A DNA stretch of 64,000 bases. Origin: Octopus vulgaris (taxonomy: Eukaryota). The position numbers and the translations under genes are program-made. The notes beneath the pieces are model-generated. The model worked only from the letters and a program-made list of their open reading frames with translations. It was not told where the DNA came from and did no database searches. The DNA lies in assembly GCA_951406725.2 (NCBI GenBank), contig OX597814.1:98890001-98954000 (forward strand). The letters run 5' to 3'. Positions 27,376 through 40,336 of this stretch are shown here, in pieces (the stretch's first letter is position 1; every line of letters starts with the position of its first letter).

Positions 27376-28664
27376 AAGAAAAGAAATTAATTATATTACA
27401 TATGTGAAAAGGCGTGAACGCGCACAATTGTTATCTTGCGGGACAAAGTGTTTAGCGACATTTTTCCTGCATTAGTTTCTGAGTTGAAATGCCACTGAGG
27501 TCGACTTAGCCTCTCGTCCTTCTGACCCCACTTGAGCACTGTGGCCAAAATTTGAACCCACAATATTACATAAGTAAGATCTTGCGCTAAGTCGTAATAA
27601 TATGCTGAACGTGCCCCTATAGTTGTTCAACTTGCCCTTTCATCCTTCCGCAGCCGATTAAATTAAAGTTCAAATCAAGTTCTGGGGTAGATAGGATCGA
27701 CTATTTCCTCTACCTAAAAATATCTGGCATTGAACCTAAAGCAGAAACCATTTTATTTAATAGGATGTTTTGTTTGTATATCATATTGTTTCATTAATAT
27801 CAAGAAACGTCTTACAAGTTATGAGGGCCCAGGTGAAAACTTACACTTTATTTATTCATTTCATCATTTGCCTTCTCAAACTCCTATGCAATTTTAAAAT
27901 GAGCGCTATGGAGTAAAATTTCACTCAACAGTCCTTCTGTGATCTTATTGACTACTAATTTGTAAACTCATGGGTATGTATTTAGGCCGACCTACATGAA
28001 TTAAAAGTGAATTGTTTTAACCATGGGCAGAGACTTTTTAAAATATTTTTACTCGACTTAATCAGAAGTAGAAAGGTAACTCTAATGAACTTTTCTCTGG
28101 GACCCTGATATAGCTTGAAGAAAAGTAGGATGTTATCCTTAGATCAGAGACCCGATCCTAAGAACGAGAAGGACCTAATGGTGGAGCTGTTAAATCAGGT
28201 GATTGATAAAAATCTCTCATCCAAGAGAATTACCGGGTACATGATATGAACCAAGAGCCCTTCAATTGACATTCTGTTGACCTAAAAAATCTATGGATAT
28301 TGGTTTTTAATCATGAATATCCAGAGATAAAAACATCCTCAACAAGCTACAAAATCGAGTTTGCCATATACTTCATACAGAACAGAATTGTAATACGACA
28401 ATCAATGGGAAACTACAAGCGTTTCATTGAATACAGTCTGAATTGATTACAGCTCGTTACCTATTGTGTTGTCTTAGCTTATGGGAAGATAAAAGCTATA
28501 TAATCAAAAGGTAGCTTAAAAGGAGAGCCAGACGTGAGATGTTGACTAGTATTAACATGAATTAACAATAACGTATATGCTGACTAGTACAGACGTGCAT
28601 TAACGAAAATCATTCATTGCTGAGTTAGTAGCTTGAGAGTTTAATCACAACTTATAGCTTTAAG

Positions 28665-28834
28665 ATAAAATGCTTAATAGCGTTCGTCCATCTTTGCGTT
28701 CAGAGTTCAAATTCCACTGTGGTCGACTTTACTTTTCATCCTTTCAGGGTTGATAAAATGAGGACCTGTTGTGTACTGGAGTCGATGCAATCGACTTAAC
28801 CTACTCCGAAATTGCTGGACTTGTGCCAAAATTT

Positions 28835-28835
<1 letters not shown>
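28665..28835 (+). mobile_element. SINE family A
   Basis: gagttcaaattccactgtggtcgactttacttttcatcctttcagggttgataaaatgag. Confidence 0.7.
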
Positions 28836-28837
<2 letters not shown>

Positions 28838-28882
<45 letters not shown>

Positions 28883-28931
28883 GTCGTCGTCGTCGTCGTC
28901 GTCGTCGATGCCGTTGTTGTTGTTGTTGTTG
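28838..28931. repeat. compound (ATC)n(GTC)n(GTT)n trinucleotide repeat
   Basis: Directly visible. Confidence 0.95.
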
Positions 28932-29139
28932 AGTGAGAGAGCAATGCATGCCATCAAGGTGACACTGGGGTGCACATATGCAAAGCCCAATATACCCATC
29001 ATGACTACCCGTCTGTTAAGGGTATACCAGGCACATGCATCACAGCCTTATGTGCGCGACCTTATATCAAGATAAACAACGCTTATACCAGTTAAGATCA
29101 CAAGTTCATGAGACCCGCTGCCTGGTACTGGATCAGGGC

Positions 29140-29196
<57 letters not shown>

Positions 29197-29197
<1 letters not shown>

Positions 29198-31054
29198 GTC
29201 ACACAGTATACAATATCAGGGGTTTGTACTATTTGTCAGATCACAACAAGGACCTCAGGCAGACAGTACTTTACGCAATATGCGTGCAGTTCTAAGTAAT
29301 GCCGACTGTAGGGCATTTCTAAGGTTTTCAGATGTTTTTTCAGATTGAGTGGTATTGCATCTAATGCTCCAATGACAATAGGGATAACCTTTATATTCGA
29401 GTCTCGTAGCTGCCACATCTTAGCGATCTCAGTTCTCAGGTCTCCATATTTATCAACCTTTTCTCTTCCTTTCATGATGATGTTTTGATCTGACACTGCT
29501 ACGTCTATTATAAGGCACTCTTGTTTGCTCCTCTTAAAGGTTACTATATCCGGCCTTCGGTGCTCTAACACTTTGTCTGAAAATCAAAGTCCCAGAGGAT
29601 TGTTGCCTTCCCTTTTTCGTCCATTACATTTTCCGGTGTATGTTGGTACAAAGTGCCCGTAACCTCATATCCAAACTTACGGTATAGTAGCCAGTGGGGC
29701 GGGGGAGTTTGGGCTACTTTGTCGTGTCTGCGCTTGTACTCCTTCTGCGCAAGACTTTCACAAGCACTAACAATGTGAGTCACACTTTCGACCCTCTTCC
29801 CACACATTCTGCTGAAGTCTGATGCACTTGTGTAGTATATATTATTTTTCACTGAGTTGGCATTCCATGTCTGGTCCTGGGCTTTCAATATTCTTTTTTA
29901 GGTCACCCTTGTTGAGCCACCTCCATGATGGCTCCTGGTCTTTTAATTTGTTAGTTTCACGGTGGAACCGACAATGTAATTCCATACAGATTAGGGTTTC
30001 TTCTTTCTCGTTGGTTGTTCTTGTTCGAAATCCATAAGCTCTCTCAAGTCCGTTTTTGTTAACTCCTTCTGTACTAGCAGCATACTGTAGCAGGTTTTCT
30101 TTGCTGTTTACCAAATATTCTGCCATGTTTCTTCTTTCACTGTTGATGCACATCCGTACGCTAATCAGCCCACGTCCACCCTTACCTCTCTTCACGTAAA
30201 ATCTGTGTACATTTGCCTTAGGGTGGCGGGCACCATGTATTTTCATTGTCTTTCGCGTAGTGCGATCGAGTGGGTCAATTTTCGCTTGTGTTCATCTCAG
30301 GATGGGTGCACTATAACAGACTACAGCAACAGGCCATATGTTGATGGCAGTCACATGGTTCCTTGAGTTGAGCTTTGATTTCACGAGAAGTTTGAGGCCC
30401 TTGAAATATGGAGGGATGACATTGTCTTTCATTTCTCTGTGCAAGATATTGTCCAGCTCCAGGATCCCAAGATACTTGTACCCATCATCATCCGGGTCTT
30501 CCATTCTCATCTCCGTTTGGCAATTCTATGCCCCTACATTTTACTCTTTTCCTCCGCTCAAAGTAAACGCCGCAGAAGTCCCTTGTTTCTGTTAGATCTT
30601 TTGTCAGAATGTGTTTTAGAATCTCATCAACGTTTTGGATCGCGAGTTTCACATTACGGTTGAAGCTTCTTAGATTCGCCGGCTTGGTCTCTGTTCTTGT
30701 AATTCTTATATCCTGAAGTGTTTTCCTGAGGTTTCTCCGTTCCTCAGTCATATCCTCTCTAATTTCAAGGTTTTCTACATTATATCGATTGGCCGGCCTT
30801 TTCTCCACTACAATTTCACCTTGCCTACGCATTCACTGAACTTCACCTACGTTATTCTCCTCGAGATTCTCACAACTACAGAGGCTATTCCTGATTGTCT
30901 GAATCTGGGCCTCATTAAGAAAACCTCTATTCCGAATTATTCTTATCTGATTCATGAGTCCATTTTCATTAACCTTGCACATACCCAGCTGGTTCCAAAA
31001 TTCTAATGATCTTTTCCCGACAGTTTTACATTTGCCATTGTTCTTGTCTATCAA
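29197..31054 (-). pseudogene. R4/Dong-like RLE non-LTR retrotransposon, 3' and central part, internally deleted, ending at (TAA)n
   Basis: GYKYLGILELD, HPKANVHRFYVKRGKGGRGL, RMCGKRVESVTHIVSAC...YKRRHDKVA (CCHC-RHD region), LWDFDFQT, RPDIV...IIDVAV...EKVDKY, IPIVIGAL. A (tta)n tract lies at 29142-29196. Confidence 0.88.
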
Positions 31055-31568
31055 GGGTTGTTCACGGCACTGGATCGCCTTTTCTCCTCAAAGACATACA
31101 TCATCTCAAAAGAGCCCAGAAGCTGGCTACCCGCATAATTCTTGGTCTCAAGCATTTGTCTTATGAAGAAAGGCTGAAGACGCTCGACCTTTATTCTCTA
31201 GAAAAAAGACGACGCCGTGGTGATCTCATTCTTGCTCACAACATCATAAGCGGAAAGTGTAACCTCTCGAAAGAGCTGTTCTTTACTCCTGCTTCAGAGT
31301 GTCGGCTGCGGGGTCACTCCAAAAAGCTGTATCTGCGACGATTTCATCTCAGTCGAAGGAGAGGGGCCTTCTCTGTCCGGGTTGCGGATCCGTGGAATAA
31401 GCTGCCGCACGAGATAGTGAAGATGCCGACAACCGCTCGGTTCAAAGTCTCTCTTGGCCAGAAATGGCCTGAACTCTTTGCATGAACACCCTCCCTGTAC
31501 ATAACTCCATGTCCCCCTACATGACCTTGCTTTTGCTTTTTGAGCCAAAAATAAACTTAACTTAACTA
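31055..31568 (+). mobile_element. 5'-truncated CR1/L2-group LINE 3' end nested in the Dong-like element
   Basis: AQKLATRIILGLKHLSYEERLKTLDLYSLEKRRRRGDLI...LRGHSKKL...FSVRVADPWNKLP. (aactt)n tail. tatcaa flanks both sides (31049-54, 31569-74). Confidence 0.88.
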
Positions 31569-31574
31569 TATCAA

Positions 31575-31970
31575 CAGATCACTTGCATTTTCGAGCATGT
31601 TGCATAATTTGATCAGTACAAGGACTGTATCTTGTAGTATGGCCATCAGTTGTTGGATTATGATCGGGCCCACCTTGCAGCACAGTGGGGTACCTGCCGA
31701 GTACGGCACCTTCGCCATTGGTTCTAGTCCCTTTCACACTGTTATCGTCATTTATTTTTCTTGGCATTTTCACTCACAAATGAGGTGTGTGTTTAGGTTA
31801 CTACCAACCGGTATTTTTAACGAGACACCCTCTCTATCAAGGTAGTTCACCAAGGCGGTGGGGCCCTTGCTCCCCTGAATTTGGGCTTGGAGTGTTCCTT
31901 CTCCTCGGCTGCCTGCTACCCAAGGCTAAGGATTATAGCCTACTCGGTGCATCGGTTATTTGGAAAATAT
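31575..31970 (-). mobile_element. probable 5' UTR and ORF start of the Dong-like element
   Basis: Minus-strand ORF-like sequence resumes beyond the CR1 target-site duplication, with a GC-richer leader at 31780-31970. Confidence 0.55.
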
Positions 31971-32439
31971 AGGTATTTTCCAGCTAATGTTCTACTGCAT
32001 TTTCCCTCTTAACTTAATTTAAAGACACATCATCAAATAGTCTGACATTCTCCTGGTTAAACAAACAAGTAATTTATTAGATTTTCATGTAAATATAAAT
32101 GAAACAATCAGTTTGGATAAATCACCGTATTTATTTACTCAAAGGGAGCCTAATTGATACTAGTTTTCAGCTATCCTGAAGTGTTTCAGGTCAAAAATTA
32201 CATATATCTTTAAATGATCACTGAATGCACACGCGCATGCGCACACATACACACACACATACACATTCATTACTGCTAACGGACAAGGACAAATATTGAA
32301 AGCGAATTATCCTATCTATCGAAATATCTAAAATCTAAATAAAAAAAAAAAGAAGCGATGAACGTTTCAAGAGAAATCCAAGCAATTAACAAGCAAACTT
32401 TTATCAAATATAGTCAAAATTTTACAATTTACTCTGTTA

Positions 32440-32852
32440 GTCTTTTACTCTTTTACTTATTTCAGTCATTTGACTCAGCCATGCTGGAGCACCGCCTTTA
32501 GTCGAGCAAATCGACCCCGGGACTTATTCTTTGTAAGCCCAGCACTTATTCCATCGGTCTCTTTTGCCAAACCTAAGTTATGGGGACGTAATCACACCAG
32601 CATCGGTTGTCAAGCGATATTGGGGGGGGGACAAACACAGACACACAAACACACACACGCGTACATATATATACATATTACATATATACGACAGGCTTCT
32701 TTCAGTTTCCGTCTACCAAATCCACTCACAAGGCTTTGGTTGGCCCGAGGCTATAGTAGAAGACACTTGCCAAAGGTGCCACGCAGTGGAACTGAACCCG
32801 GAACCATGTGGTTGGTAAGCAAGCTACTTACCACACAGCCACACCTGCGCCT
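32440..32852 (-). mobile_element. SINE family B, full length
   Basis: Minus head ggcgcaggtgtggctgtgtggtaagtagcttgc...ggttcagttcc through tail gactgaaataagtaaaagagtaaaaga. Confidence 0.88.
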
Positions 32853-34324
32853 ATACTTTAATCAAGTTTCTGACAGATCATCTTACGTAAAAGAAAATAG
32901 AAACCTAATGAAGGACCGTAACGAAACTTTGAGCTGACAAATGTAAGTATCAGCTTGCTAGTAAACTATTCAATTCCACATTCAACCAAGCAGCCATACA
33001 ACCAACCACCCAACCAATTAACCAGCTAAATCAACCAATAATAAGAGAAAAAAAAGACAGTTAAAAAAGCCTAACAAGTTAACCAAAACTAATGAAGCAG
33101 CAAATAAAGAGAAATCGCATTGAAAGGCTAATGAAGTAACTAATGATGCCACCAGCCAACCAAACAATCCGCACGTGAACACACAAAACTATCTACTGAA
33201 TTCTTAATCCAGTTATTGAACCTCATTGAACCTCTCTGATGATTAATGCAGTAATTCATAACTCATAAGATTAGGGTGCAACTATCGGATACGTGCCACC
33301 ATTTATATAGATCGTATAAACCTAATATTCTTTGATATATTATTCAGAACCCGTAGGCTTATTTAGAAAATCATTTAATCATATATTGATGCATTATTAC
33401 CTCCCTTCCCTTTACTCTGTCTTTTTTTTTTTCCTTTCTCCATTTCTGCCGCCTCTTTCACTCAGTATCTCTCTTTCTCATAATTTCTCTCTTTCAGGAT
33501 CTATATCACCCTCTCTAAATAACTAATAATCTAACTCTTGCTGGTGATCTCTTCTACAATGCCATTCATTTGAGGCGAGAGATATCATCAATCAAACAGA
33601 TCGATATATTTGATTGAAACTTATTTGAGTTTTATCGATATGGGGATATGAAAATAAACTATACCATGGCAAAAAATGAACCTGGTCCCTACTTGTAAGT
33701 ACTAGTCATCACTTTTGGGTCTATTTTCCTCCTAGGAAAATGTTTTCTCATAAGACAAGCTCACGATTGCATCACTAATTCTTTTGAAAATGATTGTCAC
33801 ACAATTTTATTTTACACTTTACTACATGAGTATGTGGAGCATCATCTACACTGTCACTTACCGTGCTTGAAATAGCAGCTAAATCTCCCTCAAACTCAAA
33901 CTGCATCCTTCCATTTAGAAAAATAACACCTCCTTTCAGATAAAAAAAGCGTGAAGACATGTTGCCTTATGTAGATGTGAATCATATGTTTGAAAATCCA
34001 TTGGGTGGTTAAAACTGAAATAATAATCGTTCATTATAGTTTGAACCTGATAAGGGTTGTTACAGGGTCTTAACAAAAACAGCAACAATGACTCTACTAC
34101 GAATCTATTTTTCTAAGTCTATTATAGGAATGGAAATATTAACTTCATATTAGGTATAAGACATCAAAATTTCGTTCTGTTTCGTTCTGTGCGACAGATA
34201 ATAAACTACTAAATAGAGACTACTAGAAGTTTGATTCCCCTTTACACTATTTTTGCTACCGTTTCTTCAAAAACTCCACTTGTGTTAAATCATCAGTATA
34301 ACGTAATGTTATTGAATTGTGTTG

Positions 34325-34762
34325 AATGCGACAAACTGACAGAATTGTAAGAACGAAGGAGAAATGTTGTGTGCAATTTCTTCCGACTTACAGCGTACGG
34401 CATTTAAATTCTACCGCGGATGCCTTTGCTTTCAGCCCTTTCAGGGTCGTTAATATAAATATTAGTCAAATACTGGGGTTGATGAAATTGTCTTCTGTTC
34501 CCCACTCGAAACTGCTTGCCTTGTGACAGAATTACAAACAATTAAAAACGGCAAGCTGACAGAACAGTTAACGTTTCGGATAAAATGCTTAGCGGCGTTT
34601 CGTCCATCTTTATGTTCTGAGTTCAAATCCTACCCAGGTCGACTTTGCTTTTTAGCCTTTCGGGGTCGATAAAATAAGTACTAGTTGAGTACGGGGGAGA
34701 GGCAAATAATCAACATACCCACCCCGCTTCTAAAATTTTAGGCCTTGTGACAAAATTGAAAT
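34325..34762 (+). mobile_element. two tandem SINE family A copies
   Basis: gctgacagaacagttaacg...ttctgagttcaaatcc...gtcgactttgc...ggggtcgataaaataagtac. Confidence 0.7.
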
Positions 34763-34952
34763 CATTATTGTTCTCTTATCTAATCTCCTCCTCTCCTCCT
34801 CCTCCTTCTCCTCCACCACCACCACCACCACCAAGTTCACAAACATGTACAATCTGTTCGTTTGAGTTCCACATGGTCTCTGTCTACTCTAATTCACCCA
34901 TAAGACTTGGGATTCACTCGAAACTAAATTTAGAAAGTATTTTCCCCTAGAT

Positions 34953-35260
34953 CAGTGGTTTTCAACTAGGGTCCATATGGACCCTGGTATCCATATAAAA
35001 GTTTTGGGGGATCCACACTAGCAAAATTGTAAATTAGGGATTCATGAAAAGTTTTGATTTAAATGTATGAATTGCAAGAAACAGCTAGGTTTCTTTCTAT
35101 ACACATGGATGAGTGATTAACAAAATATGAATTTTGAAAGAAGTCTCTATAGAATTAGTTTTTAAACATCGAATGGCTATGGGATTGGGGGTGAGGAGAT
35201 CCACCAGAATAAATTAGTAATTAAAAGGGTCCATAGTTAAAATATGATTCACAACTACTG
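34953..35260. mobile_element. hAT (Charlie-like) MITE
   Basis: Ends cagtggttttcaac / cacaactactg. 8-bp flanks ccctagat and ctctagat (7/8 match) fit the NTCTAGAN hAT-Charlie target consensus. Confidence 0.75.
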
Positions 35261-35786
35261 CTCTAGATGATAAAACAGGAGGATCGAACTCATGATTGGG
35301 AATCGAACTTCTTTGTCATTCAGCCATGCCTGCGTCTTTTGTATCATAACAATAACATGTGTCTACAGAATCATTGTTATCCCTTATGTTGAAAACTACA
35401 CCAGCACTAGTTTATATTAAAACGCTTCTCCGCCGACGGTGACCACCATCTTATATGCAACTTAAACACTGTAACTTGCTAAATATTATATTCATTTATT
35501 CGTGTATTTATGTATTTATCTACATTTTATCTATTTATTTGTTTATTAATTGTTTTCTCTCAGCGCAGGTTTTCTCAGCTTTAATATAAAGAGCAAAAGC
35601 AAGCGAATAAAAAGGAACAATACACATGACTACTTCACTAACGGTCCTTATCATTGGTCACACCTGTGGACTTGATGGTAGTGTGTATTTTCACACAGAC
35701 GGGGAAATTATGATGTTCATTTGCGTGTGTATATAAAAGTATACATGTATGAATATATTTATAAGTATATAAATGAATGTATATGC

Positions 35787-35874
<88 letters not shown>

Positions 35875-35900
35875 CACGCTCGCGCGCGCACCCTCGTGTT

Positions 35901-36043
35901 CCTATGGGTTTGGTGATGCAAAAAGAAAAATAGAACTCAAAATCTGAGTATATATTTTATATCATTTTAATAACAATCGGCAGAAGTTACAGAGTGACTT
36001 AAGTGTTGAGAGTTTTGTGCATTGGCTCCTATATATATGTATG

Positions 36044-36098
<55 letters not shown>

Positions 36099-36220
36099 CT
36101 CAACAAAACTCTCAACACTGAAGTCACTCTGTAACTTCTGCCGATTGTTATTAAAATGATATAAAATATATACTCAGATTTTGAGTTCTATTTTTCTTTT
36201 TGCATCACCAAACCCATAGG
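35901..36220. repeat. 118-bp near-perfect inverted repeat around a TA-rich spacer
   Basis: 35901-36018 against the reverse complement of 36103-36220 shows 1 mismatch by eye. Confidence 0.92.
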
Positions 36221-36226
36221 TACATG

Positions 36227-36278
<52 letters not shown>

Positions 36279-36429
36279 CACACATACACATATATATATA
36301 TATATATGTGTATGTGTGTATGTATATATAAACTGAACCACAAAAGAAATGTCGCACACACACTAATTAGAAACCAGTTTATTAACAGACTACCATAGCA
36401 TTGATTGAAGAGTGCTAATTAAGAAACCG

Positions 36430-37180
36430 TTCTGTCCTAATGATAAAACGCTATTTCCTAAAGCTGGGCGAAGTCTCCAGGATCCAAAGAGATGAACTCA
36501 ATATCTCGTGTGACCATTCGTAGCGTTGATTACCGCCAGGCATCTTCTGTAAATCTTCCACCACAGCAAAGGCTCAAGAGCCAAAAAGTACAGAATGGGA
36601 GAGAGAGGAGAAATCCTTGAAGAACAAAACACTTGATGTTGAAAGGCTTCGAAAGGCAACCGTTCACCCGAACGATCGAGTCGATGTTACTATACAAAGC
36701 TATGATCCAGCCGCGGGAGACGGGACCAAGACCGAAAGCCGCGAGAACCGTCACCAGTTATCGATAGTCAACCCTGTCGAACGCCTTATACTGGTCTAAA
36801 TGTACCAATGCCATACCCTTGACAGTAACCCTGCTAACCCTCTCTAAAGTGTAGCGTAGAAGGTGGAGATTATCGTGTATTGATCTGCCGAGAACTGCAA
36901 ATATTTGTACCTCCTTGACGAGTCCATCCACGACACGTGCCAGCCTTTTTGTTAACACCTTGGCCAAAATATTCATCCCTGTGTTTAGAAGAGTGATGGA
37001 CCTAAAGTTGTCTACACTATTCCCCTTGTTTGGGTCCTTTCTAAGCAGCGTCACCACTCCCCGGCTCACAGATTTGGGAATAAACTCATTCTACTGCCAG
37101 TTCGTGAATTCGCAAGCCAGTAGGTGCCCAAACAAGTCTGGTATACCACAATGCAGTTCATAGAGAATATTACTATCTAG
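36430..37180 (-). pseudogene. L1/Tx1-type LINE reverse transcriptase fragment
   Basis: GVVTLLRKDPNK...NFRSITLLNT...ILAKVLTKRL...GRSIHDNL...LDQYKAFDRVD, then SIVRVNG.LSKPFNI...VLQG..LS, with frameshifts. Confidence 0.85.
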
Positions 37181-37279
37181 ACCTGGCGAGTTGTTCCCGC
37201 CGCAGTCCGCCAGAGCCTCCGGACCTTCACAGCACTCCGCACCTTGCCCCGAGAGACGCGGCAAACCGGCGAGGAAGTC

Positions 37280-37608
37280 CGTGAGTTTCGATTCCTAGAC
37301 CGGGCGTTGTGAGTGTTTGTTGAGCAAAAACGCCTAAAGATCCACGAGGCTCCGGCAGTGGGTAGTGGCGAAACCTGCTGTACTTTTTCACCACAGCTTC
37401 CTTTCACTCTTTCTTCCTATTTCTTTTGTACCTGTATTTCAAAGAGCCAGCCCTGTCACACTCTGTCTCATGCTGAATATCCCCGAGAATTACGTTAAAG
37501 GGTATACGCATCTGTGAGATGCTCAGCCAGTTGCACGTTAATTTCACGAGCAGGCTATTCTGTTGATCGGATCAACTGGAACCCTAGTCGTCGTAACCGA
37601 CGAAATGC

Positions 37609-37610
<2 letters not shown>
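37280..37610 (+). mobile_element. SINE family C body (5'-truncated), tail type 3
   Basis: gtttcgattcctagaccgggcgttgtgagtg...ccacgaggctccggcag as in family C, followed by a different tail ending ggaaccctagtcgtcgtaaccgacg. Confidence 0.75.
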
Positions 37611-37657
<47 letters not shown>

Positions 37658-37864
37658 AACAAGATGAGAGTTTCAGGAACACTTGAGGGGTGTCTGGTCT
37701 TATCTTGTCACATACAATAGTCGAAGAAAAGGAACCAAAATCCGGCTGTCTTCAATAACAATAAATAGTACTTTATTCTTCGGGTTGACAGGTAAAATAT
37801 ATACATATATATTTCTTAAGGGCAAACCGGCAGCCAAGTTCACACGACTGTTTACAAATATAGT

Positions 37865-38012
37865 ATTTTTGGACTCTCAGGAAAGAAGGAAAGAAGGAGG
37901 GTTTAACGTTTCGAGCGGAGCTCTTCGTCGGAAACATAGGAGAAGGAAAGATCCAGAGAAGGGAAGACAGAGGAAAAAAAAATCGCTAACGGTACACACG
38001 AGGTCACATTAT
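37865..38012 (-). mobile_element. short hammerhead-bearing element (family E)
   Basis: Motif at 37901-37935 minus: gttt CCGACGA a gagc tcc gctc GAAA cg TT aaac. Abuts (TA)n. Confidence 0.75.
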
Positions 38013-38018
38013 TGTATA

Positions 38019-38063
<45 letters not shown>

Positions 38064-38504
38064 ATGTCTGTGTCCTTGTGTTTGTGTTTATCTCTCCTGT
38101 TCTCCTGGCCCATCGCTTGTTAACCGGTGTTGTGTTTAAGTTCCAGTCACCTAGCAGTTCAGTTCGGCGAAAGAAATCCACGGAATATGTACCAGACTTC
38201 AAAAATTGAGAAGAGTTGACTCGATCGACCTTCTGGGTCGTGCCGCACTAGCATATATATTTACATACACACACACACACGCACACAGACATATGTGTGT
38301 GTGTATGTGTGTACAAACGTAGATACACACATGCACTCGCAGTCACATTGAGTGAGGAACTGTGACAATGTGCGTGTGAGGAAATGAGCGAGAACGAGAG
38401 AGAGAAAGTGAAAGAGAAAGAGAGAGACCGAGCGAGCGAGCGAGCGAGAGAGAGAGAGAGAGAGAGAGATCCAGAGATTGTCTAAAGTTCCTGAAAGAGA
38501 TATA

Positions 38505-38710
38505 ATTAATATTGGTTCTAAATTTTGGCACAGGGCCAGTAAGTTCGAGTGGGTAATTCGACCCCAATGCTCAACTGGTTATTTTATTGTCCCCGAAAGG
38601 ATAAAGTCAAAAGCGACCTCGGCGGAATTTGAACTCAGAACGCAAAGACGGACGAAATGCCACTAAACATTTTGTTCGGCGTGCTAAAGAACCTGTCAAC
38701 TAACCGCCTT
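38505..38710 (-). mobile_element. SINE family A
   Basis: ccccgaaaggataaagtcaaaagcgacctcggcggaatttgaactcagaacgcaaagacggacgaaatgcc. Confidence 0.8.
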
Positions 38711-38734
38711 AAATGTATACACACTTTCATCTAT

Positions 38735-39105
38735 CGTTACGTTTTCAGTTCAAATTCCGCCGAGGTCGACTTTGCCTTTCATCCTCTCAGGGTCGATAAA
38801 TTAAGTACCAGTTACGCATTTGGGTCGATGTAATCGACTTAATCCCTGTCTGTCCTTGTTTACCCCCCACTAAGTTTAGTCCCTTGTGAGCAAGAAAGAA
38901 ATAAGAAACGTTAGCACGTCAGCGAAATGCTTAGCAGTATTTCGTTTGTTTTTACATTCTGAGTTCAAATTCTGCCGAGGTCGACTTTGCCTTTCATCCT
39001 TCCGGATTCGATTAATTAAGTACCAGTTGCGTACAGGAGTCGATCTAATCGACTAGCCTTCTCCTCCAAAATTTCGGGCCTTGTGCCTAGAGTAGAAAAG
39101 AATAT
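38735..39105 (+). mobile_element. dimeric SINE family A
   Basis: Two gttcaaatt.(c)gccgaggtcgactttgcctttcatcc bodies in tandem, with the same layout as 51315-51700. Confidence 0.8.
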
Positions 39106-39436
39106 TAAATACACGCACTGTCAGGTTGATAAAAATGTGCCAAAATATATGCAGAAATTCATACTTAATCTACTTATGATGCACGCAAAAGACAGAGGAA
39201 TTTGTATCAAAGCAGATAAGTTTCTTGAACATGTCGAATGCTTCACATTTGGAAAACAAAAAACAAGAACAAGCAAAGTTATACACCCATACATATTACA
39301 TTTGTTGTAATGTGTGCATGTATTATATATATATGTGTGTGTGTCTGTATGTAGGTGTATATATGTGTGCGCGAAAATATATACATATATATACATATAT
39401 ATGTGTGTGTGCTTATATGCAGACTTACATGTGTAT

Positions 39437-39476
<40 letters not shown>

Positions 39477-39583
39477 TATGTGCATCTATATATACATACA
39501 TATGTACTATGTAAATGTGGTGAGAAATGCACACATAATTATGTATACCTGCGCATGAATCTGTATGTATATATATGTGCATA

Positions 39584-39621
<38 letters not shown>

Positions 39622-39641
39622 TGCACGTACACATACATATA

Positions 39642-39701
<60 letters not shown>

Positions 39702-40305
39702 AATACAGACAGATATACATATACATATATTTAAACGCAAACAGATGTATATATAGGTATATATATGTGTGTGTGTGTGTACGTGCGTGCGCATGTGTGT
39801 GTATGTGCGTGTATATGTGTGTGTATAAATATTTATTTATCCCACGCACTAATGCGGGCGATAGAAGCAGTTTACGCAAATCCTTTTTGTGATCACTGGT
39901 ATCCGTGACCTTTCCCACAATATTTATTAACTGTCAGCTACACAGATAGGTGTATCTTAAAATGGACGATTTATGTTACTTGTTGAGAAAGACAGAGAAA
40001 GACTTGTAATAGATTTAAAGTCAGGTTCACAAATCAAAAACATCATCAACACTACAAAAGGTTTTCTCTCGCTCTTCTCTCTCTCCCTTTCTTTTTTCTT
40101 TGTTTCTTTCTTCTCTCTCTCTCTCTCTTTCTCTCTCTCTCACACACATACACACATATGTAGAGAGGCAGGCAGATAGACAGACGGACAGATAGGTAAA
40201 CGCTATTAACTACCTAGTTAGGCCACTTCGTAGTGGGGTTATTTGGTGCAGTAAAATTATTTTAAAAGGAGCTCTAAGAATTAATTTAAGCAACCCACAT
40301 ACCAG

Positions 40306-40336
<31 letters not shown>

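Noticed and set aside
28796-29299. Poly-D/S/N/Y/I protein ORFs
   Set aside because: These are trinucleotide microsatellites.
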